A program made the translations under genes and the position numbers. From positions 24,366,001-24,430,000 of the forward strand of contig OZ024742.1 of NCBI GenBank assembly GCA_964016885.1: a DNA stretch of 64,000 bases, in the 5' to 3' direction. The notes under the pieces were generated by a model. It did not search any database. It was not told the DNA's origin and saw only the letters and a list, made by a program, of their open reading frames with translations. The DNA comes from Eledone cirrhosa. Taxonomy: Eukaryota. Shown in pieces: positions 1 through 12,404 of the stretch. Positions within the stretch are counted from its first letter, which is position 1. Each line of letters starts with the position of its first letter.

Positions 1-1030
1 CAGCAAGTGCCCACAAACTACTAGCTCTTTCAATTGCGCAGAGGGTTCTATAGAAATAGTGGACAGCTTCCGTTACCTGGGCGATAAAATCAGCAGTGGG
101 GGAGGGTGCTCTGAAAGTACTGTAGCTAGAGTCAGAACTGGTTGGAAAAAGTTCAGAGAGCTTATACCACTATTAGCTGCTAAAGGGTTCTCACTAAAAA
201 TGAAAGGCAGGTTGTACGATGCCTGCATACGAACAGCAATGCTGCATGGCAGTGAGACCTGGGCATTGTGTGCAGAGGATATACGCAGACTAGAGAGGAA
301 CGAAGCTTGCATGCTCCGCTGGATGTGTAACAGTAATATACGTGAACGGCAAAGCATAAACGAACTAAGGAATAAATTAGAGATAAGAGGGATCAGATGT
401 TGTTTACTCGAGAGAAGGCTACGTTGGTATGGACACGTGATGCGCATGAAAGTCGATAGCTGTATAACAAAGTGCAGGGCAATAAAGATAGACGGTAGTC
501 ACGGAATAGGCAGACCTAGAAAAACCTGGGACGAGCTGATAAACTCCGACATCACACACTTACACCTCTCCAAGACAATGTCACTGGACCGAGACCTTTG
601 GCGGTACTCAGTAACAGAGAAGACCCGCCTTACCTAAATATATATAGTAAAACCTACTCCAGCCAGTAGGCATCTCTAACAAATACACCCCGTCCCACCA
701 CCCCCACCCGATCCACACCACCCCGTTCTATGTAAAGTTATGTTGGTGCCGCGCCATCGAGGCCGAAACAAATGAGATCGTGTAGGTGTCACGACAAAAA
801 AACACACAGTCCACGCTGTAATGTGGCCGTGTAGGCAACACGGTAAAAACCTCCCAGACCCACACTGTAAATGTGGTTGGTGTTAGGAAGGGCATCCAAC
901 TGTAGAAAACCTGCCAGACAGTCCTATGCGAGCAAGACAATCACTCTTGCCTCAAGTGGGACTACCCCCGTCCAAACCCATGCAAGCGTGGAACACGGAC
1001 GTTAAACGCTGATGATGATGATGATGATGA
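1..1030 (+). mobile_element. RTE-clade LINE, 3' fragment (post-RT C-terminal ORF region, 3'UTR, (GAT)n tail)
   Basis: ORF 59-637 (open from the window edge) has typical RTE C-terminal motifs: FRYLG, LHGSETW, RRLRWYGHVMR, GRPRKTW. It is followed by the 3'UTR motif gttggtgttaggaagggcatcca...ccatgcaagcgtgga...ggacgttaa and a (GAT)n tail at about 1010-1030. Confidence 0.9.
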
Positions 1031-1516
1031 TAGCGGCGATGAATTAGTTTAGCGAGGTTTTTTATATGAAATCGTGTGTCGAAACAAATATTGTTATACT
1101 TGGGGAGGGTCATATTTGTGTAATATTGCCAGAATTAATAACAGAACACACTCACTGTTTAGTTGGTTTTCGCTTCTCGCTGTCTTTTATATCTGCGATC
1201 TAACTTAATCGGTCCTCAATGTTGCCGTTGACTGACCGACGGTCAAAAATAATACAGATACAATATAGACACAAACACATATATATAGTTTACATAATTT
1301 ACATAAATCTTTCGTTGCACATCTGCAACATCGTCAGTGGTGTTATATTTTTTTCTCCTGTTGTGTTGTATGTCTACGCCATTTTTTATTCATTGAGGAC
1401 CGATTAAGTTAGATCGCAGATATAAAAGACAGCGAGAAGCGAAAACCAACCAAACAGTGAGTGTGTTCTGTTATTAATTCTGGCAATATTACACAAATAT
1501 GACCCTCCCCAAGTAT

Positions 1517-1524
<8 letters not shown>
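1031..1524 (-). mobile_element. Short fold-back element (PLE-type terminal fragment) with hammerhead motif
   Basis: 1088-1221 is the near-exact reverse complement of 1391-1524. An unpaired tail lies at 1031-1087, the right end abuts (TA)n, and a hammerhead core sits in the spacer. Confidence 0.7.
1301..1340 (-). ncRNA. Minimal type-I hammerhead ribozyme motif
   Basis: Minus strand reads cca CTGACGA t gttgca gatg tgcaac GAAA gattt a tgt: conserved core, 6-bp stem II, quasi-palindromic stem III (AGATTT), short imperfect stem I. Confidence 0.7.

Positions 1525-1592
<68 letters not shown>
1525..1592. repeat. (TA)n microsatellite (one of dozens of TA/CA/TATG tracts in 1-38 kb)
   Basis: Pure dinucleotide run seen directly. 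Confidence 0.95.
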
Positions 1593-1595
<3 letters not shown>

Positions 1596-1685
1596 ACCCT
1601 CTTCCTGCTATATCAAGCATTAACCTAATATATACCTTCCATATACTGTACCGGTTGTGTTGTTATTACAGTTTACCTTTTACAT
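1593..1685 (+). mobile_element. 3' half of the hammerhead-bearing element found at 7866-8050
   Basis: aagaccctcttcctgctatatcaagc...taacctaatatat...tactgtaccg matches 7954-8045. Confidence 0.75.
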
Positions 1686-2070
1686 ATATATATATATTTA
1701 TATATAAATATATAGTAAGTGAAAGTGGAAGAACCCACTAACATAATAGCAAGGTATGTTAAGCTGAATGTGTTATTCAGGTCAAAAGCATACTGGAATT
1801 AAAGTCCAGGGTGTAATAGAAAGGGTTATGATACTGGTAGATGAAAATGATGAAAGTCACACAGCATACATAATCAATTCAGAAGGATTACCAAGGTAGT
1901 TATTGAATTACATTCATGATTGTAATTGAATAACTATCTTGCTATTCCTTCTGAATTGATTATTTATATTATATATATGTATATGTTTATTATATATATA
2001 TGTATATTATGTATATATGTATACATGTATATATATATTATGTATATATGTATACATATATGTATACATG

Positions 2071-2257
2071 TGGTGGATTGGCAGTATCGGTAGAGAGTCG
2101 GACACCATGTTTTGAAGCATAGAGTTACGTCCCTTTATGATCTGAGTTCAAATCCCGCCGAGGTTAACTTTGCCTTTCATCCTTACGGGGTCGATAAAAT
2201 AAAGTACCAGTAATGTACTGGGTTTATGCTGGCCTTGTGCCTAAAATAGAAACAATT
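2071..2257 (+). mobile_element. tRNA-derived SINE (group 1)
   Basis: A-box tggcagtatcgg and B-box gagttcaaatcc, then body ttgcctttcatccttacggggtcgataaaat...gtaccagt (resembles, from memory, the MetaSINE central domain). Many copies in the window. Confidence 0.85.
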
Positions 2258-2325
2258 ATGTATATATGTATATATAATTATATATATATATATGTATATA
2301 TGTATATATAATTATATATATTATG

Positions 2326-2359
<34 letters not shown>

Positions 2360-2384
2360 TGTATAGTATGTATATATATGTATA

Positions 2385-2700
2385 CATTGAGGATGAAAAA
2401 CTCAGAGCTGTATGGGAGCATCCCAAAAGTCAGCTCAAAAGTGACACAGAGGAGACTGAGGTTAGCTGGACATGCTCACCGACATCCAGAGTTGACACTG
2501 CACTCAGTACTCCTTTGGGAGCCCCTACATGGACACACTAGAAGAGGAAGACCAAGGTTAACGTATGTTGATGCCCTAAGGACAGACACTGGTCTGTTGG
2601 AGACGCAGGACATGGCAGCGATAATGAGGGACAGAGACCGCTGGAGAGAACTCGTCCATGGATCTCGGGAATTTTACCCGCCTTAGATAGATAGATAGAT
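2385..2700 (+). mobile_element. RTE-clade LINE (second family), 3' fragment with (AGAT)n tail
   Basis: Translation RRLRLAGHAHRH...LLWEP...RRGRPRLTYVDALR...DRDRWR. The stop is followed directly by (AGAT)n. Near-identical copy at 13783-14090 (-). Confidence 0.85.
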
Positions 2701-2830
2701 ATATATGTATATGTTTATTATATATATATGTATATTATGTATATTATATATATGTATATGTTTATTATATATATATGTATATTATATATATGTATATTAT
2801 GTATATTATGTATATTATGTATATTATGTA

Positions 2831-3018
2831 GGGTGGTGAATTGGCAGTATCGGTAGAGGGTTGGACGTCATGCTTTCCAGTATAGTTACGTCCCTTTACG
2901 GTCTGAGTTCAAATCCCGCCGAGGTTAACTTTGCCTTTCATCCTTACGGGGTCGATAAAATTAAGTACCAGTAATGTACTGGGTATTTTGCTGGCCTTGT
3001 GCCAAAAGTAGAAACAAT
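2831..3018 (+). mobile_element. tRNA-derived SINE (group 1)
   Basis: Same A/B boxes and body as 2071-2257. Confidence 0.85.
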
Positions 3019-5029
3019 TATGTATATTATGTATATTATGTATATTATATATATGTATATTTGTATATTATATATATGTATATTTATATATGTGTATTTA
3101 TATACGTACTTATATGTATATAAATGCCTATATATGTATCTATTTATGTCTATACCTCTATATATATATGCATGTGTGTGTGCGTGTATATATATATAGA
3201 GAGAGAGAGACATTCACATACATATACACAGATATAGACATACATACATCTATAGATAGATAGATAAACACAGCTAAGCAATAAAGTAGGGTTTATTTCT
3301 AGTTTTGTCCTGGTTGCCTTTTCACTGTCTTGAAATCACCAATGAATCGTGAAAAATCGAAGTGAAATGCAGAGGAATACATTACAACGTTACCGTTTTT
3401 GAAACAGATTGGCAATCTTCGTCAAAGTAGACCTTATAAATACATATACACATATATACACACCCAAGGGAGGTTGAGGAAGAGAAAAGATAATTGAAGA
3501 AAAGAAAGAAGAAGGGAGAGGAGAAGATTGAGTAGGAGGAGATTATGTATGTAAAGAATTTGATGACTGTGGCAAGCCATAGTCAGTGGTTTTTGCCCTT
3601 GATTGGTCAAAAGTGTTTGGCTTTATGGACCTGTCATTAGTGACTGAGATTGTGTGTGGTGTGTTCTGGTTCTTGATGTTTATCATTTTATGGCTTCGTT
3701 AAAATGTTTATAGACACAGTTGTTTTTGGTAAGACTTGGTTTATTGTTTACTCAGCATCAGACTTGCTTAAGAAGGCATTAGTCTGAGAGAGAGATTTTA
3801 GTTAAGTAGGTGGATCGAATCCAGGTTAGTGTGGTTGGCAGTGTTAGAACGTATTTGCTAATTTCTCTCTCTCTCTCTCTCTCTGTTTATGCATCTATGT
3901 ATATGTATGTATATAATTTTATAAATTGCTGTATGCAAGTTGAAAATATCCTTTTACAATATGGGTCCATTTATAGACCAAATTAATAATGTGGTTCTTT
4001 GTGACAGAATGGTAAACAATCTAGGTAGTAAATTGAAAGAATAGAGTGTAAGGTAAAATGGCTTCCAGTATTTGTTACCGTATCCTGTGCTCTGAGATCA
4101 AATCTTGCCAAGGTTGACTTTGCTTTTCCTTCTTTCAAGGTTGTTAAAATGAGAAAAAGGAGCCGTCTAGAGTGGTGGATTGGCCAGTGGGCTAGAGGAT
4201 TAGACATGAAACTATATAGTATTTCTACCAGTTGTTTGTCGTTTGTGTTCTTGGGTGGTAGACATAACCCATCACTCAATTTAACACCACCACTTTGATT
4301 TTAGGTGTGTTTAACAGAGTTCGCTTTGTTGCAAGAATTTAACCCAAGTCTCTGGTTTGTAAATTACCTTCCACACTCTCACCAATCATCTCACCAACCC
4401 GTAAAATGGTCCTAGACACTACCCTGTCCTCCCTGCGTTAAAGTCTAAAGAAAATTTTTTAAAAAGTCACTTATTATGGCTCCAGCAGACCACCAGAAAT
4501 ATTTCTAACTAAAACTCTTGTCTAATGAATTTATTTATCATAAAGTTTGTAATAAAATAATAGAAGTTTTGTATAATTAAATTAATTAACCTGTCCACTA
4601 TAGAGATTCCAACAGCTGATGCATCGTGACTCAGAACACCTGTATCAGATACTGCAGTATTGTCTGTGAAATATGCGGTCACAATGCCAAATTATTCCCC
4701 TCCATAATATAGCAACACTTTTTGTCTGATACTTTAGATCTTGACTTTCATCTCAGTAGATTGGTCTACTACATAGTAGAGAGAAGGTATGTTATCTTAA
4801 GTAACTATAGAGATAGTGTGTTATTTTAGGTACTTCTGTTAGTAATATTAGCAAGAATTAGAAATCAATATCAACCACCAACTAATTTATAACAATAATA
4901 GTAGCAAGGCTTGAACTCGTGAACATGTAGCCAGAATAAGAATATTATAGCTTTATAATCTTTTTCTCACTATATACACAGTCAACAAGCCTGTCCCTCC
5001 TCATAACAGTGCTATCCTGTCCCACACTC

Positions 5030-5200
5030 TAAATGTGGTTGATGTTAGGAAGGGTATTTAGCTGTAAAATCCCCAGCCAAATGTACAGTCCGTTGGAGCA
5101 AGGTACAGTGTGGCCAATTCTGGCCAGATTTGTCTCCCAACATGGATGACCCGTCTAACCCATGCAAGCATAGAAAAATGGATGCTAAAAAGTGATGTGG
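5030..5200 (+). mobile_element. Decayed RTE-type 3'UTR fragment
   Basis: gttgatgttaggaagggtatttagctgtaaaa...aacccatgcaagcatagaaaaatggatg matches the tail at 875-1010. Confidence 0.65.
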
Positions 5201-7114
5201 GTGATGTTGCAAACTAACTCTGGGTTAGATTTTGAGCCTTAATTTTTATTTATTTGCAAAGTCTAAAAAATCGCCCCCACCACCACCACCATCACAGCCT
5301 GTCCCTTCCCCCAAAAAATTAACAAGAAAAACACACCTACGGTATGGATGGAATATTGTATCAAAACAGGATATATTATATCTGTGGAGGATTATTATAT
5401 CTAAATAGAAGCCAGGACATAATAATGAAGTTCTTTGTGAAGAAACTCCTCAGTAAATCCTACGTAACTATTGCTGCTGTAAGTTAATTGTGAAAGAACT
5501 CAAGGAAATACTGACTTAGAATTACATTTAAATAGCCAGAGAAGATTTCAAAGAATATTATTGTATAGGACTGAACAAGTAACATCAATTAGACCTCACT
5601 ATCTCTCTCCCTCTACCTCTCTCTCACTCCTGTCTTTCTCTCTTACTCCTACCTCTATCTCTCCTAACTCTCTCTCTCTCCTGCCTCTCTCCAATCTGTC
5701 TCTCTCTCCTACCTGCCTGCCTCTTTCTCCCTCCTGCCTCTCTCCTTCTCCTGTCTCTCTCGTCTCTCTCTCTCTCTCTCCTATCTCTCTCTCCCTCCTG
5801 TCTCTCTGCCTTACCTCTCTCACTCTCTACCTATCATTCTATCTCCCTCATTCTCTCTCTCTATATGTGTGTGTGTGTGTGTGTGTGTGGTCTGTCTGTC
5901 TGTCTGTCTGTATCTACCTTTCTCACTCTCTCACCTTGTCTATATCTATTCTACAGAATAGATATTTCAAAGCCCTGAAGAAGCCCAGGTGAGCTTCCTG
6001 AATTTTATTATCATTATTGTTGTTGTTATCATTGTTATTGTTGCGGTTCTTAGTGTATCCATGGTTTTATTCATCTCAGTTTGTTCACAAAAAAGAATTA
6101 CATTGAATTGCGTACTTGGGTATTAAATAGTACCTTTGTTGTTGCTTATTAATGATTGTCTAGTTTATTTTCTCAATAGATTTGTTGTGAGTTGTGAAAG
6201 CCTTATATATAAGGTAACCCACATCATGTTAACTTAATCTGTGAAGCCACAGTAAGATTATGTAATATAGAATATATATATCATTGTATATACCAGCATA
6301 CATATCTACATGCATATACATACACACACACACACACACATATACACACAAACATACAGATCTATTGACACACATATACATACATATATGCACACACATA
6401 CAGACACACATATACATATACACACGTATATTTACATACATATATATATATATATATGTATGTACACATACACACATATATGTATGTACACATAAAATTT
6501 AAATATATAATACACACACACACACATATATGCATGTACACACAAAATTTAAATATAAACACACACGCATACACACACACACATGTATATTTATGATTTC
6601 TTACTAAATTGAATATAATAATGATAGTGAAATCATAGAAACCGGAGGCAGGGTATGTGCAATAGTGAAAGGGTATAACAGATAAGATTGCTTAGACAAG
6701 ATGTGGGGGGTGGGGGTGGGGGAATGTCACTGGAGGAAAGATGTTATTGGTGGGAAGGTGTTATTGGAGGGGAGGTGCGGGTGGAGGGAGGGAGTGTGTC
6801 GGTGGAGGGGAGGTGTGGGTGTACAGAGCATGTCGGTGGAGGGAACGTGTAGGTGTATGGAGTGTGTCGGTGGAGGAAAGGTGTGAATGGTGGGAGGGAA
6901 GGTGTGAGTGGAGGGAGGGACGGTGTGAGCGGAGGGAGGGAAGGTGTGTTTGGAGGGAAGGTGTGGGTGTAACTGTATTGATAGATTAACAGATTACTTG
7001 AAATCTGGTTATCAACTGCAATAATAAGTCATTTATGTTTATATCTATCTATATGCTGATATATTTATATATGTGTATATATAAATATCTATCTATCTAT
7101 CTATCTACATCTAT

Positions 7115-7148
<34 letters not shown>

Positions 7149-7865
7149 CATATATATGTTAGCGTGGATAATGGACGTTAAACAATGATATGTCTGTAAT
7201 GTATGCACACACACACACACATATACATCAGCTGTATTACTTTGTTGAAAACAGACAGCATAGATTCATATCAAGTTTAATAATATACCATGTCTGTTTA
7301 TATATATATATATATATCTGTCTGTAATTCTTTACAAATTACACTCACACACACACACAATGCTACAATAAGAAGTATATATATATATATATATATATGT
7401 ATTTGTCAGTAACTCTTTACAATTTATACACACACATGCAAACAATCCATTTTCTATCCCAGCCATATTGCTGCAATAAGAAACATTCTATCCAATGACA
7501 ATATCCTGGGTTTTAACCCTACAGTTATCCCTGTAAATAGTTGTTTCTCCATAGTCACTCATACTTTTAATCCTATATGTCATTTGTACATACATGCTGA
7601 ACATCCCAGAAGTAAATTATTATATCAGCCAACCTTGTTAATTTCCCCTACCCCTTTATTCCTATGTTCTTATTAATTTTTTTTCCTTTTTTTCTCTCCT
7701 CCTCTTTATTATTTGAAACCTTTTTCAAATACTTCAATCATTGTATACTTCTGTTCAACTCTGGATTATGTAGACCTAATTTGGAGGATATAATATAAAT
7801 AAAATCTTAGTAATTTACTAAATTACACATTTAAAGTCATTTGTAAGCAATATATATATATATAT

Positions 7866-8050
7866 CATTTTTTCCAATTCCAACCTACCCGTTCCCTCAA
7901 TCTATCTTATTTCTGATGCTTTCTTCTGATGAAGGACTAGCGTCCGAAACGTTAAGACCCTCTTCCTGCTATATCAAGCGTTAACCTAATATATCCCTTC
8001 CATTATACTGTACCGATTATGTTGTTATTTCTGTTTAACTTTTACATACA
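7866..8050 (+). mobile_element. Short hammerhead-bearing element in (TA)n (PLE terminal repeat / retrozyme-like)
   Basis: Bounded by TA-rich tracts, contains a canonical hammerhead core, and has a partial second copy at 1593-1685. Confidence 0.65.
7922..7957 (+). ncRNA. Minimal type-I hammerhead ribozyme motif
   Basis: tctt CTGATGA a ggac tagc gtcc GAA ACGT T aaga: stem I tctt/aaga, stem II ggac/gtcc, palindromic stem III ACGT. Predicted cleavage after GUU (7953). Confidence 0.82.
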
Positions 8051-8054
8051 TATA

Positions 8055-8278
8055 TATGATCGCTGGGTAAAGAAGTGCCAAGAAATCCCAGTAGAAGGAA
8101 GACGCAGTAGAGGTAGACCACGAAAAACATGGGTGGAGGTGGTGAGAGCAGACCTCAGATCGCTGAAACTCACCAAGGAGATGATGAAGGACCGTGACAA
8201 GTGGAGAGATGCTGTGCTGAATGGGACCTGTCCAACCCTTGCAAGCAGGGAAAAGTGGACATAAAATGATGATGATGA
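8055..8278 (+). mobile_element. RTE LINE 3' end fragment
   Basis: WVKKC...VEGRRSRGRPRKTWVEVVRADL...DRDKWR followed by a (GAT)n tail. Confidence 0.85.
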
Positions 8279-8483
8279 TATATATATATGGAAGATATAG
8301 GGTCCAATTACTCATAGTTGCTGATGGCAACTTACTTTTCATATTTTAAAGGTCTCTACTCATTTTGATAAGCTATTTTATAGCATCTGTATGCATAAAC
8401 ACATTATTCTTTATACTAACTTTATATTCTCAGCATTTATTGTCAGAGTTGATAGAAAACAGTGTTTTGTTTGAAAGCTACCA

Positions 8484-8670
8484 TAATTGTTTCTACTTTT
8501 GGCACAAGGCCAGCAATTATCCCAGTGCATTACTGGTACTTTATTTTATCGACCCCGTAAGGATGAAAGACAAAGTTAATCTCGGCGGGATTTGAACTCA
8601 GACCATAAAGGGCCATTACTCTTTGCTGCAAAGATGGCATCCAACCCTCTACCGATACTGCCATAATGTG
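8484..8670 (-). mobile_element. tRNA-derived SINE (group 1)
   Basis: Reverse complement of the 2071-2257 body (ctggtactttattttatcgaccccgtaaggatgaaag...gggatttgaactcag). Confidence 0.8.
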
Positions 8671-9213
8671 AATTAGACGGTAATTGTTAAAAATGTAACA
8701 ATGATTTAGGGTGTTACCTTGCAGATCTTTATAAGTCCTTATATTTGGGGATAACATCCAATTATGAAAAGATTAATAGAAGAAACTAGTTTAGAGATGT
8801 ATATTTTGTGTCACTCTTAAGGTACCTGTCTTAAAAATTAAAAAAATATTTTAAAATGAAATAATTTAATAAAATATGATCTTCAGAGTAATGTTACTTG
8901 ATAGAGTGCAATGTTTGGAGATCAAAGGGGTAGACCCAGATCAAGGTGGTTGGATAAAATCCATGAGCTTGGCTGGTCTTGCTTGGGTATCCAGTCAAAT
9001 CAATTGAAGAGGGTTCCTTCTGACAGGACCGGCTAGAAGGAGTGTTTGAGGATTTTGCCCCACAACCCTACCAGGAATAAGTGAGAGAAGATTTTCATTG
9101 TTTCACTTCAGAATTTCAGTTACTAACATTCAAAATTGTGGCACAAGCTGAAACTGCTTGGCACCACAGCTGGGATTTTACTCCTCTCTCCCTCCCCCCT
9201 CTCCCCCTCTAGA

Positions 9214-9266
<53 letters not shown>

Positions 9267-10324
9267 ATAATGTGTATCCCAGTTTTTAGAATAGGTGTAC
9301 TCTATCCCTACAGGCTGTAACAGGTGACTAACTAAAATGATTGTTGTCAGGAATGGCATCTAGCTGTAAAACAATGTAAACACTGTTTCAAAATATTCTG
9401 TCCAACCCCTGCCAGCTTGAAAAAGTGGACATAAAAACAATGATGATGATATATAAGTAGAATATATTCTTGCATAGTTTATTTTCTAAATTGAGAAAGA
9501 TAAACTGGAATTTGAATATTAACCTGTTAAGCACTCTAAATATTCCCTCTTGGAGCCTCAAGAATCTTCATACCACAATAAATTGTTTACTTCCTTTATC
9601 TAAAAACAGATTTTTTTACACATTTCCAAATAAATTTTTCTTGCAGATAACAATTCAATATTATCAATATTAACAATTCAATATTATCAAAATTTTTATA
9701 AGATTTTCTACAATAACTGTAGAATAAATTCTGTTTCAAATGCTGTGAAACGATTTTGTTCACTTGAGAATATACATTTAGATAATTTCCAATGTTTAGG
9801 TAAATGTAATATAACAACAAATAGCAAAAACAATGTAAATAAAATAAAAAAAGAAAGATCAGAGTAAAATTTGAATACAAACAGCCAATGAAACCTTAAG
9901 GCAAGAAGAAAAAAACTTGAATTGAAAATTTTACATCAGCAAAATCAGCCATTTTCATGGAAGAGAATCAAGTTTACCTGTCAAGTGTTGGAATCTCTAA
10001 TTGACTGATGTCAGCATGATTTTCAGAAATGCTTGCTTTTCTTTTTATTACCTGGTTCATTGTTTATTTTTGTCTTTAGAAACACTATTTCTATCTGATT
10101 GTTCACATTTCTGCAGCTATGTGTTCTTCTTCATTGATGTTAAGTGATTTGTTTTCCATACTGAAACATCAAAGAAAAGAATACATACTTTCACCATTTC
10201 ATACCTTTTCTAACATAATATTTACATGACTGAAACTAATCAGTATGGTTGACATATATAAAGGGCAAAGGGTGGCAAATAAAACTAAACAAATGAATGT
10301 TTTAGCTAGTATATTTCAACAGGG

Positions 10325-10576
10325 TTATGACCATGTGATGTGCATGGACAATGACAGCTGGGAGAAGAAATGCCTGAAAATGCCAATGGAAAGAAGCTGC
10401 AGTAGAGGAAGACCAAGAAAGACCTGGGCAGAGGTCATTAGAGCTGACCTCAAATCAATAAGACTTTCAGAGAAGATGGCAAAGGAACACGACAAGTGTA
10501 GAGATGCCATGCAGAGAAGGACCTGTCCAACCCAAGCAAGAATAAAAAAGCAGATGTAAAAATGATGATGATGATG
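10325..10576 (+). mobile_element. RTE LINE 3' end fragment
   Basis: HVMCM...SRGRPRKTWAEVIRADL and a (GAT)n tail. Confidence 0.82.
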
Positions 10577-10954
10577 AATACTGTCTTTGCAAATGTGAAA
10601 ACAATTCAAAACAAAATGAACAATCGATGTCTTCTTCTCTAACTGGTCTGTCTAAAATATATATGCATGGAACCATTTCTGTAGCCAATCCACTTCATGC
10701 ATTTCCAATATATTAATCTGGCTTTTTCTCATACCCCACAATGATTCGTCTTAACTATACTACATTTTAATTATACCTTAACTCTTTACATCCTTTACCA
10801 TATGAAACCAAATCAACCAGCCATTCTTGAAAAGTACAAAACCAGCATCTGACTTTATCATATTAATAAGTACAGTCTTTAATTTACTGCAAAGTTTCAC
10901 AAAGATCTGTCCACTAGTAAAAGTAATATCTAAAGTCTGTCTAAAGCCATAAGG

Positions 10955-11180
10955 CTTGTTACCCCCCAAACATATCCAGAAACGACTGAGAATCAAAGAC
11001 TTTCCCTTGGATAGGATGCCAGTCGATCGCAGAATTAAACTCCCAGCTATTGCTGGTACTAATTTTCAGCTGAGTATATTGGAGCAATGCAAAATAAATT
11101 GTTTTGCACAAGAACAACACACAACCCAGACCAAGAATCAAACTCATGACATTATGATTGTAAGTCCAACTCATTTAAAA
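10955..11180 (-). mobile_element. Decayed tRNA-derived SINE (group 2, CORE-like)
   Basis: Minus strand ...gagtttgattc...ttattttgcattgctccaatatactcagctgaaaat matches the head and core of 14735-15012. Confidence 0.6.
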
Positions 11181-11925
11181 TAGTTTCTACCAAATCATTA
11201 CAGGAAATTACAAGGTAATGGGTCAACAAATTCTAATTCATACATTTGCAACTGTATGCAACGGTAACTTGCTACAGACAGCTGTCTTAAATTCCAGTCT
11301 GTTCCTGAGTAATTTAGACCATTCTATTTATTTTTACAACATTCATCAGTGGTTCTATTCCTCTCCTCCAGTCACTTTCTTAATTCCCCAGCACATGACC
11401 CAAACATTTCATTCTATTTGTTTTTACAACATTCATCACTGGTTCTATATCTATCCTCCATTAAACCATTCTAGTTTCTGTTCTTTCCCTTAAAAACATA
11501 AAATCCCAGTCAAGTATTGGAGTGGATATAATTAAACTGTTTCCTTCTTGCAGAGTTGCAACACGTTTTAAAGTTGTAAAAACCAGGCTGTTCTATATTC
11601 TTTAATTAATTGGCAATAAATATCAGAGTTTAGTTATCACCTGTCTATTGATCTCTCTGTTGACATCTGTTAATTTTCAGACAGTCACTCATATTTTTCT
11701 TTTATATGTTCAGTTTGTTTTCACAGTTATTTACAAACCCAGCATAGAAAATGAAAAAAAAATATCTCAAAACTCAACAGATGTCACAGAAGTCAGTGAA
11801 CAGGTCACAAGAAGGTGATAAAAGACTTTGATATTTATAAGCAAATAATTAAAGAATAAATAAGCAAATAATAATATTAACAATGATTAGTGTTTCTATC
11901 CCTGTGAGGTGGGAGAGAGAGTGAG

Positions 11926-11957
<32 letters not shown>

Positions 11958-11981
11958 ATGTATGTATGTATGTATGTATGT

Positions 11982-12160
11982 GTCAATAATTGTCACAAGT
12001 GTAGTGTTTGTACCAGAGTTTTCAAGTCGCTGGCTGGACTAAGAAGTCACACTCGTTCAGCGCATCGGTAGGGGTTCTCCTACATGGATATAAAGTAGTG
12101 GCCGTACTCGAAAACGAGTTGGCAGCCACCATGTATGTATTTATGTATGTATGTATGTAT
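11982..12160 (+). mobile_element. LINE 3' end encoding a C-terminal C2H2 zinc finger (RTE-type), with (ATGT)n tail
   Basis: 11982-12071 translates VNNCHKCSVCTRVFKSLAGLRSHTRSAHR*. It is followed by a short UTR with hairpin ctcg-aaaa-cgag and then (ATGT)n. Not in the ORF track. Confidence 0.7.
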
Positions 12161-12166
12161 GTATAG

Positions 12167-12350
12167 TGAAGGCATGTGGTTAATTAGTTAGAGAACTGGA
12201 TTCACAATCGTGAGGTTGTCAGTTATATCCTTGAGCAAGACACTTTATTTCACGCTGGAGTTGCGACCGATAGATAGTACTAGCAACTGGAAAGACCAAC
12301 CGAAACATCGTTTCCTCAGTCTGATTTGACGAAAGTTGATCGAAAAAAAA
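12167..12350 (+). mobile_element. SINE, group 2 head with alternative 3' module
   Basis: tRNA-like head and ccttgagcaagacactttatttcac, followed by ggagttgcgacc...gacgaaagttgatcga. Second copy at 32519-32700. Confidence 0.7.
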
Positions 12351-12362
12351 ATATATATATAT

Positions 12363-12404
<42 letters not shown>

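Noticed and set aside
3375-3430. Possible hammerhead on the minus strand (ttgacga agatt gcc aatct ... aaaacggtaacgtt)
   Set aside because: The core is too degenerate (no C3, no adjacent GAAA) to call.
5972-6005. CTGAAGA as a hammerhead core
   Set aside because: No GAAA or stem III; better explained as part of the candidate exon.
11726-11815. Additional + strand exon (IYKPSIENEKKISQNSTDVTEVSEQVTR)
   Set aside because: The donor site is weak and its phase does not join the 5957-6213 pair; insufficient support.
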